Shown: positions 48,604 to 60,339 of the stretch, piece after piece | Numbering within the stretch: the stretch's first letter is position 1 | Layout: the number at the start of each line of letters is the position of its first letter | Assembly: GCA_965655095.1 (NCBI GenBank) | Contig: OZ296652.1 | Coordinates: 88,908,001 to 88,972,000, forward strand | DNA: 64,000 nt | Source of the DNA: Haplodiscus bocki | Taxonomy: Eukaryota | Reading direction: 5' to 3' | Position numbers and translations under genes: made by a program | Notes under the pieces: model-generated | Database searches by the model: none | Seen by the model: only the letters and a program-made list of their open reading frames with translations | What the model was told of the DNA's origin: nothing

Positions 48604-51410
48604 TCCGAGAACAGACAAGAGCTCGAGTTGGAAAGATTTGTTGTTTCCCAAAATTGCAACTGGATACGAATTAACGACCGTTGACATTCAATATGTTGCT
48701 CAGCAGCTTTCGGCGGTAAAGCTGACAATGGAGGCTTCCTAAAAGTGCTAAAAAAAGTTGAAATAGTTTTGAAGTCTCTCAACAAGCCTTAGGATTTCGT
48801 CGTTTATTATGAACAGTAAGTGCACGCGTCAGTTGGTGAACGAATGAACGCAAATCTCGACCCTTGTCGCAACTCTACAAAAAATGACCAAACGTTAGAG
48901 GCGTCGGCAAGTTAGTGAGACATCTGCAAACATGGTCTTTGTCCATCCTGTCACAAACTTCCCACGTTGCAATTACTGACCGCGACTTTTTTTGGCGCCA
49001 AAACAGAGTCCGCGTAATCAAAAGGCTGATAAACTGCCTGCTGTAGATGGACAAAACTAATGTTTTCTGATGGATAGAAATATAGGAAAGCAAAAAAAAA
49101 AGAATCAAAGGCTTATGTTTTACAAGGATATGCGAAGCCAAGGTTCTCAAATCTACTTGTGACGATTATTTGAACGAAAGTCCTAATAAAGATCAGCAAC
49201 AAGGGTACTTCCATTTTCACCGAACGTCCAAAAAATCTCGTCACCTACTTTAATCTGACTTTTGGCAAAGAAGACAATTGAACCCAACGAATCAGACACC
49301 CTCATAAAGGTTGTCTGTGTGTTTGCAGCGACTGTCGTAAGGCTTTTGTACCGCCCTCGCGGAAGCTTACGATGGCAATGACCCCTTTTACGTGCATATA
49401 TAACTAATAAATCGTCTTCCCCTAGCACGGCCCTATCGTTTGAAGGAACATTCAAAACAGACAAAACGTTTCCTTGGCGGTGTTTTGGACTCAGCGTTGT
49501 CATGTATAGCGTTCGAAGTAATGCCCTTGGTAAACAATTGTAGCTGTGTTTTCTTATTTTGCTTTGTTTTTATGTAAATAATCCAAACCCTGTTCCTGTA
49601 CTTTCGCCAACATGCAAATTTTCTAACATGACTTCGTATACAGTCAAGAGCTCGTTGATGATCTTTCTATCGATGCTCAAAAATGCAACTGCGCGCGAAC
49701 TAACAACCCGCGACATTCAAGATAGTATCCTGTTGCTGTCGACGCCGGCGCTGACACTGGGGCTTTCAAAAAAATGGCATAAAAGGTTAAATGGTTTTGA
49801 AGTCTCTGAAAAATCCCGAAGTTTTCGTCCTTTTTACAAACAGTCAATGGATGCGGAAAATATCGAACGAAAGAATGCAAATCTCATAACTCTTGCAAAT
49901 CTACGTAATGTGGCCAAAATTTAGAGGCGTTGGCAAGTTATTGAGACATCTAAAAACATGGTCTTTGTCCATATTGTCACAAACTTCCCACTTTGCAATT
50001 ACTGACCACGACTTTTTCATGTCAAAAAACAGTACGTGTATTCATGAGGCTGCGGAACCAACTGCCCGGCTGCAGGTTGACATAACTATTGCCTTCTCAT
50101 GGGAGTGTGAATAGAAACGCAAAATATTATTCACACCGTCATGTTTCACATCCAATTGCAAAGGCAAGTTTCTCAAACCTTTTTCCTATTTGTGGCGATG
50201 ACTTGAACGAAAACCTCAATCAGGAACATTGACGTCGGTACCTTCATTTTCAACATATGTCCAGGAAAATTTCGTCAACTACTTTGATCTGTCTTATGGC
50301 AAGGAATGCAAATGCACCGAACGAATCAGACACTCTTGAATAAAGTTTCTGTGTTTGCTGCGGTTTTCGCGTGGCTGATGTACCGCCCTTGAGGATGCTT
50401 ACGATGTCAAGAATGCGTTTTACGGGCATTGATAACAACAACGTCGTTTGCCCCTTGGCGTGGTCTTATCTTTAGGAGGAAGACTCATGCAGATCAGATC
50501 GTTTCCTTGCCGGTGTTTTTTTAATAAAATCTGTCTTTTGTAGCGTTCGAGGTAACGTGTTTGATAACCAACCACAAATGTGTTTCTTCTGTTTCGTTTT
50601 ATTTTATGTAAAAAATGAAAGCCCTGTTGCGGTACTTTCCCTAAATTCTAATTTTTCTCAAATTTGACTCCGAGAACAGACAAGAGCTCGTGTTGGAAAG
50701 ATTTGTTGTTTCCCAAAATTGCAACTGGATACGAATTAACGACCGTTGACATTCAATATGTTGCTCAGCAGCTTTCGGCGGTAAAGCTGACAATGGAGGC
50801 TTCCTAAAAGTGCTAAAAAAAGTTGAAATAGTTTTGAAGTCTCTCAACAAGCCTTAGGATTTCGTCGTTTATTATGAACAGTAAGTGCACGCGTCAGTTG
50901 GTGAACGAATGGACGCAAATCTCGACCCTTGTCGCAACTCTACAAAAAATGACAAAAAGTTAGAGGCGTTGGCAAGTTAGTGAGACATCTGCGAACATGG
51001 TCTTTGTCCATCCTGTCACAAATTTCCCACGTTGCAATTACTGACCGCGACTTTTTTTGGCGCCAAAACAGAGTCCGCGTAATCAAAAGGCTGATAAACT
51101 GCCTGCTGTAGATGGACAAAACTAATGTTTTCTGATGGATAGATATACAGGAAAGCAAAAAAAAAAGAATCAAAGGCTCATGTTTTACAAGGAAATGCGA
51201 AGCCAAGGTTCTCAAATCTACTTGTCACGAATATTTGAATGAAAGTCCTAATAAAGAACAGCAACAAGGGTACATTAATTTTCACCGAACGTCCAAAAAA
51301 TCTCGTCACCTACTTTAATCTGACTTTTGGCAAAGAAAACAATTGAACCCAACGAATCAAACACCCTCATAAAGGTTGTCTTTGTGTTTGCAGCGTTTGT
51401 GGTAAGGCTT
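48604..51410. repeat. Recent duplication in the array: ~48604-49345 repeated at ~50669-51410
   Basis: Near-identical ORF pairs offset by 2065 (48875/50940; ends 48785/50850). Confidence 0.88.
49183..49503 (-). pseudogene. SET-domain C-terminal half in one long monomer
   Basis: ORF reads DDLLVIYARKRGHCHRKLPRGRYKSLTTVAANT...IVFFAKSQIKVGDEIFWTFGE, corresponding to SET IDA...RFINH..PN...ifA.rdI..GEEl..dYG. Confidence 0.8.
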
Positions 51411-51700
51411 TTATACCGCCCTCGTGGATGCTTACAAGGGCAAGGACACTGTTTACGAGCATCGTTTACGACTAAGTTGTCGTACCCTGGCATGGCCCTG
51501 TCGTTTGAATGGAGATTCATGCAGAACACTCCCTTGCCCGTGTATTCGACTAAAGGTTGTCATTTATAGCGTTCGAAGTAACTTTTTTGCTAAGCCACCA
51601 CAACTGTTTTTCCGTATTTTGCCTAGTATTAACATAATTAATCCAAGGCCTGTTCGTGTACTATCCCTAACTTCTAAAAGTTCTCAAACTTGAATTCAAA
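51275..51700 (-). pseudogene. Full-length decayed SET domain in one long monomer
   Basis: Manual translation LEVRDSTRTGLGLI...(fs)TVVVA*QKSYFERYK*QPLVEYTGKGVFCMNL runs into ORF 51275-51529 ...NLVVNDARKQCPCPCKHPRGRYKSL...AANT...IVFFAKSQIKVGDEIFWTFGEN. Confidence 0.8.
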
Positions 51701-53289
51701 TACAGTCAAGAGCTCGTTCTGGAGTGTTCTATTGATTCTCAAAAATGCAACTGGATGCAAACCAAAGATCCTCGACATTCAAAATGTTGTCCAAGTGCTT
51801 TCAACGCCGGCGCTGACACTGGAGGGTTCCTAATAACGCAAAGAATGTTAAACTTCTCTGGCAATTTCTCAATAGGCCTTAAGATATTGTAGCTTTTTTA
51901 CACAACCAATGCACACTGCGGTTGTCGATCGAAGAAATAAGAATACCGACTCTTCTTGGATATCTAAGTACCGTGACCAAATGTTAAATGCGTTGGCAAC
52001 TTAGTGAGACATCTGCAAACACGGTCTTTGTCCGCCCTGTCACAAACTTCCCATCCTGCTGTATACGAGCGCGATTTTGTTAGCGTCAAAACAAAGTGAG
52101 AGTAACCGGAACGCTTATAAACCGCCTGCTCGGCTGTAGGTGGACATAACTATGGCTTTGTGATAAAATTGTGTATAGGAATGCCAAAAAATAGTATTGG
52201 AATTAGGAGGCAAGGTTCCCAAAACTATTTGTGGCAAGGATTTATACCAGGGTCTCAAACAATCATGAGCAGCGACATCCAAAACTTCTTTTTCATCACG
52301 TCCAAAAATATCTTGTCACCTACGTTGATCGTTGTTATCCGATGAAAACAATCAAACCAAGTGAGTGAGACACTCTCTTGAAGGTTGTATTTGTGTTTTC
52401 TGAGATCATCGTGTGGCCTACGTACCCCTTTATGGACGTCTAAGATGGCAAGGATACCTTTTACGGGCATCGATAACAAATAGATCGTCCGCCCCTAGCA
52501 TGGTCCAATCAATTGGAGGAAGATTCATGCAGCACGGTGCCCTGCCGGCGTTCCCGATAAAAAGGCGTTATTTAAAGCGTTCGAGGTAATAGCTGTTGTA
52601 ATCAACCACAACTGTTTTTTTAATCCTCTGTCTTTTTATCAGTAATCCACACCTTTGCTTGTGCTTTCCCTAACTTCTAATTTTGTCCAAACTTGACCTC
52701 GAAAACACTCAAGAGCTCCTTTTGGAATGTTCTACTGTTTCTCAAAATTGCAACTGGCCGCAGACCAACAACCCGCGACTTTCATGATGTTGTCTGGTCG
52801 CTTTCGACGCCAGTGCTAAAACTGGAGGATTCCGAAAAACGCTAAAATTGTTAAATTGCTTTTGCAGTCTCTCAATGAGCTCTAAATTTTCGCTGTTTTT
52901 ATAGACAGCCAATTCACACTGCAGTTGCCGAGCGAATAAATGTAAGAAAATCTCGACTCTCCTTGCAAATTTATGTAATGTGCCCAACATTTACAGGCGT
53001 TGGCAAGTTACTGAGACAGTTGGGAACACCGTTTGCGTCAGGTTTGTTACGAGCTTCTAATCTCACAGTTAGTAAACACAGTTTTTTAGCGTGAAAACAG
53101 AATGCGTGTAATCAAAAGGCTGATAAAACCACACTGTTAGCTGTAAGAGGACATGACAAACATTTTGTGACCAAAGTGTGTCCAGGAACGCAAAAACTGT
53201 GTCTCAACGTCTTGTTTCACATGGAATTGCAAAGGCAAGACTGCAAACCTAGTTGTGACGAGGATTTGAGGAAAGGAGTTAACCAAGAA

Positions 53290-53760
53290 CATCGACAACC
53301 ATACTTTCTTTTTCACCATACGTCCAAAACTATCGCAACACCTACTGTGATCGTTCTAATGGCAATGAAAACAATTAAACCATATGATTCAGACAACCTC
53401 TTGAAGGTTGTCTGTGAGTTTGCTGCGATCATCTTGTGGCGTATGGTGAGCGCTTATGGATGTTTACGATGGGAAGGATAGCTTTAACGGGCATCGATAA
53501 CAACTAGGATGCCATCCCTTAGCATGGTCCTATCGTCGGGGGAAGATCCATGCAGCACGTTGCCTTGCCGTTATTTCCGAGCCGGAGCTGTCTTTCACAG
53601 CGTTCGAGGTAACTTCCGTGGTAACCAGCCACAACTGTCTTTTTTATAGTCCTTTTTTTCGGTAAATAATCCTAGCTCTCTTCCTTTACCTCACCCAACT
53701 TCTAACTTTTGCCAAACTTGACTTCCAAAACAGTAAAGAGCTCGTTTTGGAATGTTCTAT
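53290..53760 (-). pseudogene. Full-length decayed SET domain in one long monomer
   Basis: Manual translation: SQVWQKLEVG*GKGRELGLFTEK(fs)RTIKKTVVAGYHGSYLERCERQL...ILVVIDAR*SYPSHRKHP...IAANSQ...YGLIVFIAIRTITVG(fs)...WTYGE. Confidence 0.8.
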
Positions 53761-56700
53761 TGTTTCTCAAAATGCAAGTGGCTGCAGATGAACGACCCCG
53801 GACATTCAGCATGTTCTCCATTCGCCTTCGACTCCAGCGCCAACACTGGAGGTTTCCCAGGAACGTTCAAAAACTTCAAAAGCTTTTGTAGTCTCTCAAT
53901 AAGCCCTAAGTGTTTTCGTTTCTATGGACCGTCAATGCACGCTGCAGTTGTCGAACGTTTGGCGAATCTCGATTTTTCTTGCGAATCGACGTAATATGTC
54001 GAGAACTTAGATGTATTGGCGAGTTGGTGAGAAATCTGCTAACACAGTCTTTGCCCGTCCTGTCATAATTCTCCCTTCCTGCAGTTATTGACCGCCATAT
54101 TGTTAGCGTCAAAACAGAGTGCGTAACCAAAAGGTTGATGAAGCACCTGCCTGGCTGTAGGTGGACATAACGAATGTTTTTTGATGGAAGTGTGGATAAA
54201 ACGCAAAAAAAATCAGTAACACTGTCCTGTTTCACATGGAAATGCAAAGGCCAGACTGCAAAACATTGTTGTGACGAGGATTTGAACAGAGGTCTCAGTC
54301 AAGAACAGCAACAACCATACCTTCTTTTTCACCATACGTCCAAAAATATATCATCACCTACTTTGATCGTTCCTTTGGCAATTAAAACATTTAAACCAAA
54401 CGAAGCACACATCTTCATGACTGTTGTTTTTGTGTTTGCTGCGGTCAGTGCGTGGCTTATGTTGCGCCCTTATTGATGTTCACGATGGCAAGGACATCGT
54501 TTATGAGCATCGATGACGACTAAGTTGTCATCCACTAACATGGTCCTATCGTTTGGAGAAAGATTCATGCAGCACGTTGCCTTGTTTGTGTTTCCGAGCC
54601 AGAGCAGTCTTTTATAGCGTTCGAGTTAACGTTCCTGGTAATCAACAACAACTGTATTTTTAGGGTGTTTTTGTTTTTTTTTGTGCACAATCCAAGCCCT
54701 TTTTGAGCTTTCCCTAACTTCTAATTTTTCCCAAGCGTAACCTGCAAAACAGTCAAGAGCTCGTTTTGGATGGTTCTTCTGTTTCTCAGAAGGGTAACTG
54801 GCCGCGGACAAACAACCGACGACAACCAAAATGTTGTTCAGTCGCTTCCGGTGCAAAAGCTAACACTGGAGGATTCCTAAAAACGCTAACTTTTTTTAAA
54901 CGGTTCTGCAATCTCTCGACAAGCTAAAAGGTTTCGTCGTTTTTATGGACCACCTATGCACGCTGTAGTTGTCGAACGAATGAATGCAAACCTCGGCTTC
55001 TTTTGCAAATCTACGTAATAAGCATTCGCAAGTTTTTGAGACATCTGACAACACGGTTTTTGTCCCTCCTGTCAAAAACCAACCATCTTGCATTTATTGA
55101 CCGCGATTTTTTTAACGTCAAAACAGCATGCTTTTAACCAAAAGGTGATATTTCACCTGCCCTGCTGTAGGTGGACATAACGAAAGATTTTTGATAAACT
55201 TGTGGATAGGATTGCCAAAAATTAGTTGCTCTTTCATCTGTCAGATGGAATTGCAAAGACAAGATTATCAATACTTGTTGTGCTGATGATTTGAACAAAA
55301 ATCTCAATCAAGAACGGCGATATTTGGTACCTTCAATTCCACTATACGTCCAAGAAAATCTCGTCACCTACTTTGAACTCTCTTATGGCAAGGAGGACAA
55401 TTGAACCAAATGAATCAAACGCCCTCATAAAATTGTTTTTGTATTTGCTGCGATTGTCTTTTGGCTTGTGTACCGCCCTTATGGATGCTCAGAATAGCGA
55501 GGAGATCTTTTACCGGCGTCGGTAACAAAAAAGTCGTCATCACCTGGCATGGCTCTGTTCTTTGGACAAAGATTCATGCAGCACGTTTCTCTTTGCCAGT
55601 TTTTCCGACTGGGAGTTGTCTTTTACAACGTTCGAGGTAATGTCTCTGGTAGTCAACTGAATTTTTGTTTTCGATTCTGCTCTGTTTTTATGTAAAAATT
55701 CCTGCACTTTCCCTAACTTCTCAACTCTCCCCAACCTGATTTCGGAATCAGTCAAGCGCTGATTTTGAAAAGTTCTGTCCTGAAAAGGGCGACTGACCGC
55801 GGACCAGCGACAGACCACATTCAAAATGTTGTCCAGTCACTTTCGACGCCCGCAGTAACAGTGGAGGTTTCCTAAAAATGCTAAAATAGTTAAATGCTTT
55901 TTCAGTCTCTTAACAAGTCCTAAAATTTCGTCGCCTTCAAGGACCGCCAATGCTTTTTGCAGTTGTCGAACGAATGAATGCGAATCTCCATTCTTCTTGC
56001 GAGTCTACGTAATGTGACTAAAACTTACAGGCGTTGGCAAGTTAGTGAGAAAACTGGGAACACGGTCTTTGTCCGTCCTATCACAAGCTTCCCATCCTGC
56101 AGTTATTGACTCCATTTTCAATAGCGTCAAAGCAGAATGCGCGTAACCAAAAGTTTCTTGGGACGCTTGCCAGGCTGAAGGAGAAAATACCTAATCGTTT
56201 CCGATTAATGTTTGTTTAATAACACATAAAACTGTACACATGGTCAAGGTTGACACGGAAATGCAAATGCAGAAATCACAAACTCAGTTGTGACGAGGGT
56301 TTGAAAAAAGTCTCAACCATGAACAGCGACATCAATATCTTTAACTCCACCATACGTCCAAAAAATCTCGTCACCCTTTTTGATATATCTTATGGCGATG
56401 AAAACAATTGATACAAATGAATCAAACACCCTTATGAATGTTGTTTTGGTAATAGCTACAATTGTCGTGTGGCCTATGTAACACGCTCAAGGATGCATAC
56501 GATAGCAATGACACCTTTCACGGGCATCGGTAACCTTTATGGGAGTCATGCAACACATTTTTTGCCAGTGTTCTTGACTAAAATCTGATATTCACAGGTT
56601 CGAGGGAGCGTCCGTGGTAATCAGCTACAAGTGTGGTTTTTTAGTGCTTTGTTTTTGTGAAGAATCCAAGCGCTCTTCCTGTACTTCCCCTAACTTCTAA

Positions 56701-58379
56701 ATTTTCCCAAACTTGACATCCAAAATAGTCAAGAGCTCGTTCGGACAATTCTGTTTATTCTCAGAACTGCAACTGGCTGCAAACCAACGTTCGGTGACAT
56801 TCAAATACGCGTGAGCAAAAAGCTGATAAACTGCCTGCCCGGCTGTTGGCGGAAATAACTAAGGTTTTTCGATGAAAGTGTCCAAGATTGCGAAAACGAG
56901 GTCACTCCGTCATGTTTGACAAGGAATTTTGTAAGAAAAATGTCTATAAATGCCCAACGGTTTAAGCGTTCACGAAGTCTACGGCAATTGAGGAGCGGAA
57001 TAGAGGTTTTTCAAAACATGATGGCACATTCACTTACCAATGCGGATCTGAGATGTGAAATCTGGTTTTTAGGAACACTAAACCATTTCCAAAACGGCAG
57101 TGAAAATGTTTCAATATTTTTTGAGGGCATGAGTGGCTGAAATTTCGAAGACCAATTTCATGAAAAAACCAGATATTTTTTTCGTAAGTAGAAGCTACTA
57201 AATGTACGAGTGAAAGCTCCCCAAACCATATAAAACTCTATAAATACATAGATAGATCAATAGGAGCAGGTACAATTCTCAGCCAGAAAAGCTTGTTTCG
57301 CGAAAACGAACTGAACCATGAGGAAGTGCTTTGGAAGTCATCAAACTGTTTCATGAAAACCGGTATCAGCTCTTCCACTTCCGCCAACAGGGCACTGTAC
57401 GCGTAGCTGGGTGTCCATGGCGCCCCCAGGCACTAAATAACAATGGTTGACTGCTACTCATATGGTTTTATTCCTAATGCAGTCGTGTTACAGTTGTACA
57501 AAGGAATGGTCAACAAAAAGCTTGCAACTTTCATTAGTGCGAGTGAAACTGACTGATCCCTTCCGGCTACTGGTCTAGTAGTCTGTAATTCCAAGTGTTC
57601 GTTGCTTCCACACGGACAACGGTTAATGCTAGTCAACAAGTGACCTACACTGCCAGGTTGTTCCCCTCTGGAGTCTTCTTTCCCTTTTAGCCGAACAAAA
57701 ACAATGTGAGTACAGTTCTTTTTGGTCTTCCTCAGGAAATCAAATTATCCTTTGTCTCCCATAAACAAAACCTAATCTTTTGGGCTATCAGAATTCTCAG
57801 ATACCTGAAAAACGATAACCAAATTGGTCGCATTCCGGCAACATGTTGATTTGGATCATCGAAGCAACCCAGGACGAAAATTAAAACCTTCAGCGAAAAC
57901 TGCAATAGAAAATTATTGGGTGCAGAGTTCTCATTTCCTTCTTCAACAAATCCGTATTGGGGATGAGTGAGCCACTCCAGTGAACCCAATGGACAACAGC
58001 TACAACCAAATACCTCACGAAAAATTGTTTCTGACTTTGTTGTACGCTGGGAGATCCTCTCTTAAGCGTGCCATCTTTGATGGGATCGTCGGTCACTTCA
58101 ACAACGGTAAGGTTAAAAAAACACTTGTGGAATCATGGACAAAATGTTTCAATAACAGCAGATAATCAACAAAAAGCGAGCAAAGTTCCTCACTTTGTGT
58201 CATAAATTGAACTTGTATGTAGTTTCTGGCGCATACACTACGAAAAAAAAACAAGAAAACGAAATCTATTCGACGAAAAGGTGGGATTTAAGAAGGAGGT
58301 TATTGGATGTGGACGCAACGGCCGCCAGCATTCGGACTTGGATTCTTTAATTTTCTTCCATTTTTCTGGTTCTGCTGAC

Positions 58380-59950
58380 TTTAAATGAAACATCAAGAAA
58401 GGCTATTTTTTTATTAAAAAGAATGTAACTTTCATCAAAACCTTTTTTTTGATAATTTGAAAGCATCTGTTTTTAAACAGCTTGTCAATTTATCTAAGGT
58501 AGAATCTAAAATTCTATAAAAATTCAAAAATCTCAAACACCCATGAATCACTGAAACAAAATTTTTTAATAATAGGAGGCAATGGTTTCCAATATATATA
58601 ACTAGGTGAGTTGCTTAATGATGTTTTGACTGAAAAGCGAGAATCATATTGAATATACTTTTAAAAAGGAACAGGAAGATTTCAAGTGTGACTCCTTTTA
58701 ACATTCAAGTGACTTTATTGATATTCTGCTCTCTTTCTTCCTGTTAAATGACAATGATTTCATTCTTTTTTATCATCTCTTGTGTATCATCTAGTTTGAA
58801 GTTTTCTCCACTAAACCAACTTTTTTTTCCTGTATAATTTTTGTTTTCTGCTCTGTCAACCATTTCAAAATCTATGTTAGTTTCGTTCAAAAAAATGTAT
58901 ACTTTACTTTCTAGTTCTTGCAAGCCTTTCTTTAACAGTCATCTCCGAAAAAAAGATGGCATCCTGAAGGAAGATTTTGCTCTAAGTCCTATTTCGAATA
59001 AGAAATGAATAGGACTGGTTTGTGATGATTTAAATTTCCAGTAATTCAAACTTTTTGCTCCATTTCGTTTTCACATTCAGTGTGACGATAAGCTCTAAAA
59101 TATATTGGAATTTTCCGAAACCATTTTTTATGTTCAAACGTTTTCTCTGCAGGAAATTTCATAATACCGGGCTCAGTTTTTGACAATTTCTGCCATGCTT
59201 CAATTAAGTTTTTACTGATGTGAATGTGTTCATGCAAATTCTACGTTAAACTTTGGTGTTAGAATGTTTTTCATCATTTTGAAAAAATACATGTATTTTT
59301 TTGATTGAAACTTATTGATTTTGATATAAACCTAAAACCAATTCTCTTCTTACATTTTTCAATATGCTTTTCATACTCAAACTCGAAGCCACCTTTCTTA
59401 CTATCCTCATGGTAATCGTTTGCGTAGCAAATGTGGCTTTCCAGGCCACCCTCATGTCTGTCCATTAGATTGTTCTCATGGTAGATTTGTTCTTGTTTTT
59501 TGATACAAACAATTGAGTGAAAATTTTTTCTTCGTTCAGTTCAAATACATAATTGTTTAGGTTGTTCAGCTCTTCTAGTTTTTCGAAATAGTGCACTTTT
59601 GGTCCATTGAGGAGATCATTTCCATCAGTTTTGATTTCCTGAGGATTTTTTGCAGGGTCGTTTATTATATAAGGAGTAACTCCTGGAGGATGTAGAAAAG
59701 CTAGGATGATATAATTTCCACACAACTTTGTTTTTGATATTCACTATTGATTGTTTTTCTATTGGTGAGTTTTTGAATGACACTCTTTTTTCTATTTTAT
59801 TTTTCACGGAAAACACTCGTTAGGGTATTTACTCACTGAATCTCCAACTTGATCCTCTAATTTGTAAATTTTCGACTTTTGATCTTTTTTCTGCCCCTAC
59901 ATCGAGGTTTGTAACTTCTTTTTCAAATTTAATATACTTATATGGAAGAT
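58380..59950 (-). pseudogene. Degraded Polinton/Maverick-type DNA polymerase B, N-terminal and exonuclease region with an Endo VII-like motif
   Basis: In order: SIVNIKNK / CGNYIILAFLHP...EKLEELNNLNNYVFEL (cf. IINxKN.D.KCF.W.ILA.LHP...KFE..N.I.INVF); MKFP...KIPIYFRAYRHTEC (cf. PF.IYADFE); NHCHLTGRKR at ~58730-58760 (cf. DHCHLTGKYRG); GCLRFLNFYRILDSTLDKL at ~58485-58545 (cf. LRFIDSFRFM.SSLDKL). Confidence 0.75.
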
Positions 59951-60339
59951 TACCATACATCTCTTGTTGTTTTTTTATCTTCCTCAGATAAGGCAGAAAA
60001 AAAGACAGCGAAATTGAAATGCTTCCTCTCCATTATTTCAAAATATGTTTTAGAAACATTTTTCAGAAATTCATTAAAATTATGTGTGTTAGGTTATGTG
60101 TCTTCGGTTTTTTCAACGATTCAGACTTTTAAATTTATCAACTGAGGTTCGCCTGAATTTAGTTTTGTTTTGAATTCTGACTAAAATGATGAAGCCAAAA
60201 AATTTTTATTTTTTTTAATGACTTTTTTTCAGTTAGACATTATCATGTGTTGTATTTCATAAAGCAATCCAAAAATAACAAAGTTTCAAAATCTGGTGTT
60301 GTTAATGTTTTATTGTTTGTGAACTAGTTTTTTAGCTAA

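Larger units (their letters stand above)
33241..56932. repeat. Macrosatellite block 2: ~26 units, mixed short (~786 bp), long (~1015 bp) and internally deleted monomers
   Basis: Same monomer and orientation as block 1. Anchors e.g. 33693, 34487, 35503, 36617, 37407, 38431, 39221, 40974, 41745, 42761, 43776, 44749, 45781, 46776, 47563, 49289, 50323, 51354, 52364, 53386, 54402, 55411, 56419. Long-unit spacing is ~1008-1034. Confidence 0.97.

Noticed and set aside
720-56932. Numerous 60-140 aa plus-strand ORFs within the satellite as real genes
   Set aside because: They are antisense or off-frame shadows of the decayed SET unit; starts and stops vary between units and they carry no motifs.
720-56932. 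Stop-codon recoding (TGA = Trp/Sec) making the monomers one long ORF
   Set aside because: TAA, TAG and TGA stops and homopolymer frameshifts all occur at variable positions, which fits neutral decay.
41700-56932. An intact, functional SET gene among the long units
   Set aside because: Each unit I translated (49.2, 51.3, 53.3, 54.6 kb) has stops or frameshifts. Not every unit was checked exhaustively.
57450-58170. Possible transposase or spliced gene fragment (GTGAGT...CTCAG mini-intron near 57706-57735)
   Set aside because: No diagnostic motif and stops in the candidate frames; too weak to call.
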